In this document: one piece after another, positions 57,483 to 64,000 of the stretch | How the letters are laid out: each line of letters begins with the position of its first letter | How positions within the stretch are numbered: the first letter of the stretch is position 1 | Source: a virus | Length of the DNA stretch: 64,000 bases | Direction: 5' to 3' (one strand) | IMG/VR virus record: IMGVR_UViG_3300021493_000001 | Notes under the pieces: model-generated | Told to the model about the DNA's origin: nothing | Seen by the model: the letters and a program-made list of their open reading frames with translations, nothing else | Database searches by the model: none | Position numbers and translations under genes: made by a program

Positions 57483-57713
57483 ATACAATCCCGCCTCTGC
57501 TTTAGGTAAAATATAAATTGTATCTGTATCCGTCATTTTTCTTACCGTATAAATGTAGCCTTCAGTATCAGCCTCAATATTAACTCCTGTTTCTTCCAAA
57601 ATAACAGGGGCACATGCTTTAAGTATTTCAGTTTCAGGTGTATCCATTGTAATGCCCATTTGTTGAGCATCCAAAGGAACTTCCTTACTTTCTAAAAGGA
57701 CTTTGATTTCCAT
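57471..57713 (-). CDS. ubiquitin-like (beta-grasp) protein with PKAEAG plus LYDSS tail
   Basis: 80 aa; beta-grasp-like pattern ending TIYILPKAEAG; heads the E1/JAB operon. Confidence 0.65.
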   Translation of the reverse strand: MEIKVLLESKEVPLDAQQMGITMDTPETEILKACAPVILEETGVNIEADTEGYIYTVRKMTDTDTIYILPKAEAGLYDSS

Positions 57714-57739
57714 CTCTTTCCCTCCGTTTAATTATCTAT

Positions 57740-57768
57740 ATAATAAAACAAGTAATTTATTTTGTCAA
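57740..57768 (-). promoter_or_regulatory. strong sigma70-type promoter of the Ubl operon
   Basis: TTGACA (57768-63), N17, TATTAT (57745-40), then GGAGG and ATG 57713. Confidence 0.75.
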
Positions 57769-58307
57769 GTCTTGGGTCTTATTTTTTTAAGAATAATTTT
57801 TTTTCCTTCTTGAGTGGTTCTAATGCCTGTAATAAAGTAATTGGCCTTTCTTAACTGTTTCCACCATTTTGCTGCAATTTCACTGTCTGCTACAGTTATT
57901 GAATGAACCTTGTTGCTATTATAGGCACTTATAACTCGTAACAAAGCATTATATTCCATATCATTAGGATTAGGTAGCTTACAATTTTTTATTTTAAATT
58001 TGTCATAAGGGTCTGGTTGAGGTTCTTCTGGATGTTCGTGGTGGTATTTAATTCTTACTTTGTTTATGACTTGTTGTGGAGATAGTATTTCTTTTTTTAA
58101 TTTATCAAGTAGAAAAAAACAGAAAGCTGCAAAACAATTTTTTTTAGCTACCAATTTACAAAAATTTTCCACTGCTTCAATAAATTCTAAATCGGTGTAG
58201 TCATCGCTGATAGTAATCAGCCTTATCATTTCTTTCTCATGAACCACTACCTCGTTTTTCTTGGCAATATCCATAAAGATTTCAAGCCTACTGTCTAGAT
58301 TGTGCAT
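57765..58307 (-). CDS. hypothetical protein
   Basis: 180-aa ORF. Confidence 0.6.
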   Translation of the reverse strand: MHNLDSRLEIFMDIAKKNEVVVHEKEMIRLITISDDYTDLEFIEAVENFCKLVAKKNCFAAFCFFLLDKLKKEILSPQQVINKVRIKYHHEHPEEPQPDPYDKFKIKNCKLPNPNDMEYNALLRVISAYNSNKVHSITVADSEIAAKWWKQLRKANYFITGIRTTQEGKKIILKKIRPKT

Positions 58308-58749
58308 TATTTTTGTCTCCTTGGTTGAAAGTTATACACCCATTCTTTCTTAACCAAATTAATGTTTTAGCACGGGCATTTGCTTCAAGCTCTTCTATAA
58401 AATAACATCCTTTAAGAGCTATTGCTTCATAATAATAATGGAAGCCATCTTCATTCTTTTCTATTCTTAAAAATCTCAATTCTGGCAAATAAAATGGCAA
58501 CCACTCACCTAATTCTGAGTTAGTATAAGCTTTAATATAATCTTGCAAATGATGGTATTCAAATATAAAAAATTCTTCATATTGTTTTGGTTTGTAAAAA
58601 TACATTTTATCCATAGTGAAAAATAAATCATAGAACTCGCTATCTTTCCTTAAACACCAAAACCAGCCTGGTTCATTTTGAGGAAACCCTAACTCCTTTA
58701 ATTTCTTACTTAATTCCAAATTTGCTACTTCTTTTTTTGCCCAGTCCAT
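58288..58749 (-). CDS. conserved phage hypothetical protein
   Basis: LELSKKLKELGFPQ...AYTNSELGEWLP...EANARAK pattern. Confidence 0.65.
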   Translation of the reverse strand: MDWAKKEVANLELSKKLKELGFPQNEPGWFWCLRKDSEFYDLFFTMDKMYFYKPKQYEEFFIFEYHHLQDYIKAYTNSELGEWLPFYLPELRFLRIEKNEDGFHYYYEAIALKGCYFIEELEANARAKTLIWLRKNGCITFNQGDKNNAQSRQ

Positions 58750-59035
58750 TATTATCCTCCTTATCTATTTCATTTAATATTTCTTCTCTGCACGCATTGT
58801 AACCATCTTTATATGCACAAATTACCCTAAATTGTAGGTCGGGATTTTTTACATCGTCATTATCGTAATGTTGCATATCAGGCACTAATGAACGAGCATA
58901 AGTTTTAAAAAATTTGGTCAATTCCGAAATAACTCTCTTAAAATCTTGTTCTCCTATTAAAGCTAAGTTGCCTTCTTCATCATAAGTCCAAGCACAGTCC
59001 TCAATTATTTTTTTGATTTCTTTTTCAATTTTCAT
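58706..59035 (-). CDS. hypothetical protein
   Basis: GYNACREEIL phage motif. Confidence 0.6.
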   Translation of the reverse strand: MKIEKEIKKIIEDCAWTYDEEGNLALIGEQDFKRVISELTKFFKTYARSLVPDMQHYDNDDVKNPDLQFRVICAYKDGYNACREEILNEIDKEDNNGLGKKRSSKFGIK

Positions 59036-59039
59036 TTCT

Positions 59040-59237
59040 TTACCTTCTTCTTATAAAATTATATGTTGTTTCTGAACATTTAGTTGCAGTAGATTTTTGA
59101 CGCCCCTTTAATGAATGAGCATAGGACTTAAAAAGCTTAACAAGCTCTTCTACCTTTCTTATTTTTTCTTGCTTAGAAGATTTGCAAGGTGTTTCAGAAA
59201 ATATTATTTTCTCTATCTCTTTTTTAATTTCTTCCAT
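59040..59237 (-). CDS. hypothetical protein
   Basis: AGGAG RBS. Confidence 0.5.
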   Translation of the reverse strand: MEEIKKEIEKIIFSETPCKSSKQEKIRKVEELVKLFKSYAHSLKGRQKSTATKCSETTYNFIRRR

Positions 59238-59248
59238 GATTGTCTCCT

Positions 59249-60319
59249 TTAAACATCCTTTAAAATACCCGAAACAAAAGGCTTAATGTGGCTATCATAC
59301 AAACCGTCCTTCTCTTCTTCAGTAGTCGTCCAGACCTTTTCAGGCTTGGGATATTGCACGCCTGGCTTATCCTCCCATCGCCTCTGAGCAAGAAAGGTGC
59401 TGGGATATACTATAAAATTTAATTCTGCATTAGGCCATTCATACTTTATGTAATTCTCTAAGCCTTCCATTATTTGGTTAAATAAAGCTTCATCAGGATT
59501 TATTTTAAGCCACTCTGCTAAAGCTCCTACTTTGTTTACTTTCCGTGGATATTGTGTCCAAAATTTCTCAAATAAAACTCTTTGCTTTTTAATGTTTTCT
59601 GGTGATAAATTATTTGGTGGTTTATAAGACGGAGGAGGTTGTTGTTTTTCTTTTCCACTGATGAATTCACTTTTCTCCTTTGAATCTTTAGAGCTATATA
59701 GATTATTATTTATGTGTTTTTTATTACTTTCTTTAAAAGAGGGTTTAAATAAATTATTATCTTTGGTAGTATTCTTTAAAGTAGTCTTACTAGTAGTCTC
59801 TGGTATCGTTGTTTCTTTTTGAGCTGAGCGTGTTTCATTTTGATTTAACCGTGTATCATTTTGTAACACCCCTGTTTCATTTTGATTTAACCGTGTATCA
59901 ACCCCTGTATCAACCTCCATATCGTTTGAGGATAAATCTTGTTCAATTTCTTTTACTATTACACTTTTTAATTTAGTAATATTATTATAGTTTAGTGTAA
60001 ACCACCGTGTTTTATCATATTTTTTTACATTAAAATTTCCAACAATAATAAGCCCTTGGTCTATTAAACTTTTAATAGTTCTATTTATTGTAGCTATACT
60101 CCAGAAGGGAAAGACCTTTTTTTGTATGTCTCTTACACTTTGATATGTCCATTTCTGTCCATTCTTTTCATGGGGTGAAACTTGCAACCAGAAATCTAAT
60201 TGTAGTAATAAAATACTTTCATTAAACCCAATCTCCTTTGCTAAAGAGGGATATATTCTGAGTGTTGTTGGGTCATTGGCTACAAATATTCTTTTCATTA
60301 CCTTCTCCTTTGTTTTCAT
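59249..60319 (-). CDS. phage replication initiator
   Basis: LAKEIGFNESILLLQLDFW wHTH N-terminus; FEKFWTQYPRKVNK...YPSTFLAQRRWED C-terminus; internal DNA repeats. Confidence 0.8.
   Translation of the reverse strand: MKTKEKVMKRIFVANDPTTLRIYPSLAKEIGFNESILLLQLDFWLQVSPHEKNGQKWTYQSVRDIQKKVFPFWSIATINRTIKSLIDQGLIIVGNFNVKKYDKTRWFTLNYNNITKLKSVIVKEIEQDLSSNDMEVDTGVDTRLNQNETGVLQNDTRLNQNETRSAQKETTIPETTSKTTLKNTTKDNNLFKPSFKESNKKHINNNLYSSKDSKEKSEFISGKEKQQPPPSYKPPNNLSPENIKKQRVLFEKFWTQYPRKVNKVGALAEWLKINPDEALFNQIMEGLENYIKYEWPNAELNFIVYPSTFLAQRRWEDKPGVQYPKPEKVWTTTEEEKDGLYDSHIKPFVSGILKDV
59831..59900. repeat. two 28-bp direct repeats (putative ori iterons)
   Basis: TGTTTCATTTTGATTTAACCGTGTATCA at 59831-59858 and 59873-59900. 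Confidence 0.75.
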
Positions 60320-60590
60320 ATAAGAAATATTTGTATCCTATCCATTTTCCTTTGTTATCTTTAACTTGTTTTCTAACTAACAATCCTGCTTTTTCTAACT
60401 CCCAAATAGCATCTTGGATAGACGACTTACCTTCCTTGAGATGTTTTCTCATTTCATCAATTGAAAAATTTTGTCCATTTGATTTGGATTGGAGATAGAC
60501 CCATAGTCCTTTTGCTTTTAAAGATAATGTAGAGTCATTGATAATTTTATTAGGAATAATTGTATAATTGTCTTTTAATTCATTTCTCAT
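60273..60590 (-). CDS. HTH replication-initiator N-terminal-like protein
   Basis: NYTIIPNKIINDSTLSLKAKGLWVYL...ELEKAGLL. Confidence 0.75.
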   Translation of the reverse strand: MRNELKDNYTIIPNKIINDSTLSLKAKGLWVYLQSKSNGQNFSIDEMRKHLKEGKSSIQDAIWELEKAGLLVRKQVKDNKGKWIGYKYFLYENKGEGNEKNICSQ

Positions 60591-60611
60591 TTTATTTTAC
60601 CTTCCAAAATA

Positions 60612-60826
60612 AAAAACCCACACAGACAAGACAAGACTTTTTGACATGATGGAGGGCCAAAAGATAATCTTGCCTGCCTGTGCGGGTCTTTATTTTCAGG
60701 ATACCCTCCATCATTTGATTTATTCTTACCAAATTATTTTGGGCTTGTCAATATCAAAATTGCCCACACAAGCAAACAGGCGAGAAAGGGAGGAGAAAAA
60801 GGTGGGACCTGTTTGCCTGTGCAGGC
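60612..60826 (-). promoter_or_regulatory. structured intergenic control region upstream of the initiator genes
   Basis: three inverted-repeat pairs, U-tract and opposed TTGACA boxes at 60641 (+) and 60751 (-). Confidence 0.6.
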
Positions 60827-60832
60827 CATAAT

Positions 60833-62074
60833 TTAAAATAACTCCTCTAATTCTTTTGCTTTGGTATCAATGGTTAAATAAATTTCCGTTGCCTCTTCTT
60901 CATTTGGGATATCATAAATACTGTTGTATCCCCTTTCTTTCAAAACCTCATTTACCAACTCACGGTCATAGTTTGATAATTGTTCTTCTAACTCTACAAG
61001 CCACTGTGCTGGCTGAGCTTTCTTTTCTGGTTTAGTTTTTTTAGATTTTGGGGAAGGAGTAGCAGGCTTATTTTTTGCTTCCCATTGTTTAAATTTGACT
61101 TCAAACCTATCCATATTCTCCATGCTTTTCTTTTTCACATATTCCACAGAGCAATTAACATGGTTTGCTATGACTTTAACATATTCTTCTACTTTTTGTT
61201 TATCCAGTCCTTTTTCAGCAATTATGTCTTCAAAAGATATTACTCTTTCAGGTTCTGGAGCTTGGTTTTCAATTTGTTTTGGTTTTTCATCCTTTTTTTC
61301 TTTGCTTTTTTTAGCTTCTATATCAATTACCTTCCCTTGGAAGGTTACTTCTTCCTTTTTAGGTTCTTCTTCAATATTAGGCAGTCCAAAATCCTCTTCC
61401 TCTTCAGAGATTGCCAATTCTAGTTCTGGTGTTTTTGGTTTCATTTTAAGCATCTTTAATATGGCACTTTTCCGCATCATAGCTTCAGGCCACAAATGCC
61501 AAGGGCTATCTTTACGACCTGATTGTTCAGCCTTTTGATAAGATAAAGACATTTTTCTCCGTTTTTCAATTTCTTCCATTCTGATAATATCAAAACTTTC
61601 TTTATCATCCTTTCTCCATACAGCATAAGCTAAATAAGGTTTACCTGGGTTTTTGGGTGCTGGTTTATGATGCACATAAGCATCAGTGCCCAGTTGATAA
61701 TCAAACTTATCATTCTCATAAACCACATGAGCTTCCACTTCAGCTCCCGTTACTCTGTAAATTAGCTCAATTAATCCCTGATAACCTCTTTGAGCATTAC
61801 ATTCCAAAGGACGCCCAGGTTTTTTATTGTTATGCCTTGGTATTAGGTAAACATTGTCTCCCCCAGGCAGTAAACCCCACTCCGCACACTTTAGGAGTGC
61901 ATTCAATAGACTTTCAGGCGTGCATTGCTGTAATTGTGGGTTCTTAAATAGAGCATTCCAGAAAGCGGCAATCAAGACATCCTTTTTTATCCACTTAGGT
62001 AATACTTTTAACTTTTCACTTGTTTCAGGTGAAACTAATTTGGCCTTGATGACTTCTAATTGATTTTTTTTCAT
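60833..62074 (-). CDS. recT: RecT-family single-strand annealing recombinase with charged C-terminal extension
   Basis: LQQCTPESLLNALLKCAEWGLLP...YLIP...GYQGLIEL...EAMMRKSAI. Confidence 0.9.
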   Translation of the reverse strand: MKKNQLEVIKAKLVSPETSEKLKVLPKWIKKDVLIAAFWNALFKNPQLQQCTPESLLNALLKCAEWGLLPGGDNVYLIPRHNNKKPGRPLECNAQRGYQGLIELIYRVTGAEVEAHVVYENDKFDYQLGTDAYVHHKPAPKNPGKPYLAYAVWRKDDKESFDIIRMEEIEKRRKMSLSYQKAEQSGRKDSPWHLWPEAMMRKSAILKMLKMKPKTPELELAISEEEEDFGLPNIEEEPKKEEVTFQGKVIDIEAKKSKEKKDEKPKQIENQAPEPERVISFEDIIAEKGLDKQKVEEYVKVIANHVNCSVEYVKKKSMENMDRFEVKFKQWEAKNKPATPSPKSKKTKPEKKAQPAQWLVELEEQLSNYDRELVNEVLKERGYNSIYDIPNEEEATEIYLTIDTKAKELEELF

Positions 62075-62274
62075 TGCTTACCCTCCTTATCTTTATAACA
62101 TTTTTCACATAAAAATTTACACACAAGATTTTTTTGTTTTAGTGAACAGACAATATATTTATTATCTTGCATTTTTAAAATACATCCACATTTACAGCAT
62201 CTCAAATTATTATCCTCAGGTTCTTTGGAATAATTAAAAAGTTCTTCACTCATTTTCTTTATCCATCTTTCCAT
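62071..62274 (-). CDS. small zinc-finger protein
   Basis: CCKCG...CEKC. Confidence 0.55.
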   Translation of the reverse strand: MERWIKKMSEELFNYSKEPEDNNLRCCKCGCILKMQDNKYIVCSLKQKNLVCKFLCEKCYKDKEGKQ

Positions 62275-62951
62275 TATATCCTCCTTGTAGCTATTTCTAC
62301 TTCTTGGTATATTTCAATCCCTGGTATTTTCCTTATCCCCGCTCTAATTGCTGCATTCACTTTTTTATCATCCACCTTTTCAATCTTAAATTCATCTGGC
62401 ACTTCTTTAATATTTATCACTCTAAAAGTCCACCGCTTTCTTTCATACACAGTTCCATCTTCCGTGCTTACTTTCAATTTTTCTTTAGGCATAGCAATTT
62501 CAGGCAACTTTACTGGTTCAATACCCTTTTCCTTGGCTTCTTTGTCCAGTTGCTTTTGTAGTTTTTTTCTTTCTTCCTCAGCCTTCTTTTCCATTTCCCG
62601 CCTTTCTAATTCAAGGCGAGTTTTGTAATCTTTTATCTTGGCCTTTAAATCCCGTTCCAGTTTTAACAATGGATTAAGAAATTCTTTAGCTCTAGCATTA
62701 ACCTTCCTTACAAATTGGTTAGGAATAGCTACTCTCTTTTTCCGTTCCTCATCCAATTTCTTTTCACACTTCTTAATCATTACCAGCATTTCACTAGCTT
62801 TCTCGCATGTCTCATCATTTACAACTTCAAGAGCCTTTACTTCTTTTCCTAATTCATCAAATCTCTTTTTTAAGGCCAAAAAAGCATTTTGTGCTTCTAT
62901 CAAAGCTAAATTGGCCTTAAACTCTGTAAATACTCCATTGCTACTTTGCAT
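62274..62951 (-). CDS. coiled-coil protein, Gp157/Gam-like
   Basis: long coiled coil; C-terminal VPDEF...IRKIPGIEIYQE. Confidence 0.65.
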   Translation of the reverse strand: MQSSNGVFTEFKANLALIEAQNAFLALKKRFDELGKEVKALEVVNDETCEKASEMLVMIKKCEKKLDEERKKRVAIPNQFVRKVNARAKEFLNPLLKLERDLKAKIKDYKTRLELERREMEKKAEEERKKLQKQLDKEAKEKGIEPVKLPEIAMPKEKLKVSTEDGTVYERKRWTFRVINIKEVPDEFKIEKVDDKKVNAAIRAGIRKIPGIEIYQEVEIATRRI

Positions 62952-63129
62952 CGTTGCCTCCTACATTCCCTATTATTTTTATTATCAGTTCAACATCTTC
63001 TATATTTCTCCAAGTGATGCCATCATATTCATTCCATCCTAATCCAACTTTACCTTTAAATAAATCTAATACTTTAACATCAATCATTTGTGATGAAATT
63101 TTATCCCAAGCTTTAATCTTAATCTTCAT
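62941..63129 (-). CDS. short YopX-like protein
   Basis: IKIKAWDK. Confidence 0.6.
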   Translation of the reverse strand: MKIKIKAWDKISSQMIDVKVLDLFKGKVGLGWNEYDGITWRNIEDVELIIKIIGNVGGNDAK

Positions 63130-63523
63130 TTTTACCTCCCTTTAATAAGTTTGGATTTTCCCATATATTTCCTATTACTTCAATATCATTTTCACTATCT
63201 GGGTCAGCACTCCAATATGTTTCTGTGTTATCATTCCATTGAAAAACAAAAGCTCCATGTTTAAAGACGACTCTTCCTATCTGGCCACAATCATTTTTTA
63301 CTATATCATCTTTATAGATTTCCTTTCCATTTTTATCTTTACAATTTATATAAAGCATAGGAACAAATCTATCTGGATATTTAGCATTTATAAAAACCTC
63401 GGTATATCCAAGTGCAGGAGAAGTATATTTGTATATATAAGCGGTATTATCGCTATAAAATACACCAACATTTTCAATCATTTTCTTTTCTTTTTTATCC
63501 CAAGCTCTAACTTTAATCTCCAT
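63119..63523 (-). CDS. YopX-family protein
   Basis: IKVRAWDK...DKNGKEIYKDDIV...EVIGNIWENPNLL. Confidence 0.85.
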   Translation of the reverse strand: MEIKVRAWDKKEKKMIENVGVFYSDNTAYIYKYTSPALGYTEVFINAKYPDRFVPMLYINCKDKNGKEIYKDDIVKNDCGQIGRVVFKHGAFVFQWNDNTETYWSADPDSENDIEVIGNIWENPNLLKGGKNED

Positions 63524-63540
63524 CTTTGCCTCCTTTAAAT

Positions 63541-63999
63541 TTATCCTTTCAAATATCTCCAACCATTCAAAAAACCTAGGAATGCCTGAAAAGCTTTGGG
63601 GATTTCCTCATCACATACTACATCAACAATGGCAGGCTTTCCGTCTTTTCTTAATCGTATTGCTGCTACCTTATTTGGCTTTAGTTTTTCAGGTAGTGCA
63701 TAATAATAAGCACTCAACTGAATGAACCATGCTTTATTTGCTACTTCAGATGTTTTCAAGTCCCATAGCCACTTTTCACCTTTCCATTCAACCAACATAT
63801 CAGGATGTCCTTTATAAATAAATTGTTCATGTTTCACTTCAAACTCAGCCTTGATTAATTTTGCAGGTAACAGGCTTCTAAAGGATTGGACATAGCCTTC
63901 CAACTCGCCGTATTCAGGCACAAACAAATCTTGCAATTCAGCCACACAATACTTATGAATTAGTTTGCCTCGTTCACAGGCTAACTCCAGCGTGTTACT
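63541..63999 (-). CDS. PD-(D/E)xK exonuclease (Cas4/RecE-like), 5' end outside window
   Basis: ERGKLIH...YKGHPDML...WDLKTS...QLSAY; frame open to the window edge; adjacent to RecT module. Confidence 0.8.
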   Translation of the reverse strand, partial: SNTLELACERGKLIHKYCVAELQDLFVPEYGELEGYVQSFRSLLPAKLIKAEFEVKHEQFIYKGHPDMLVEWKGEKWLWDLKTSEVANKAWFIQLSAYYYALPEKLKPNKVAAIRLRKDGKPAIVDVVCDEEIPKAFQAFLGFLNGWRYLKG

Positions 64000-64000
64000 T

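Noticed and set aside
1-64000. CRISPR array or mini-array
   Set aside because: No repeat-spacer periodicity was seen; the Cas4-like nuclease sits with RecT as a recombination exonuclease.
1-64000. Archaeal virus origin
   Set aside because: Sigma70-type -35/-10 promoters, a lipobox protein, RecT, YopX and a CCA-encoding bacterial-type tRNA point to a bacterial host.

Overview
The window is most of the genome of an AT-rich tailed dsDNA bacteriophage. It looks siphovirus-like: 1714-aa tape measure, tail tube and G/GT chaperone frameshift, with no sheath. The host is bacterial, judged from GGAGG RBSs and TTGACA-N17 sigma70-type promoters. The + strand late block (2853-42795) encodes terminase, portal, a free LAGLIDADG nuclease, a 1676-aa multi-enzyme DNA-end-repair polyprotein, a Com-like zinc finger, a protease-scaffold-capsid fusion, a sulfotransferase-methyltransferase, a GT9 glycosyltransferase, tail and fibre genes, and late accessory enzymes. 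The - strand early/middle blocks (1-2773 and 42829-64000) encode a PD-(D/E)xK exonuclease, RecT, two replication-initiator genes with iterons, a RecA/DnaB-like ATPase, an orphan TnpB, a solo HicB and many small ORFs. The standout is an apparently self-contained, promoter-led operon at 53590-57768: ubiquitin-like protein, structured RNA, atypical tRNA-like RNA capped by a long stem, TROVE/Ro60-like vWA protein, Cys-motif E2 candidate, JAB peptidase and ThiF/E1. This reads as a phage-encoded ubiquitin-like conjugation system coupled to a possible Ro60/Y-RNA-like RNP. No integrase, clear endolysin or CRISPR array is visible. All family assignments come from motif recognition by eye; no database search was run.
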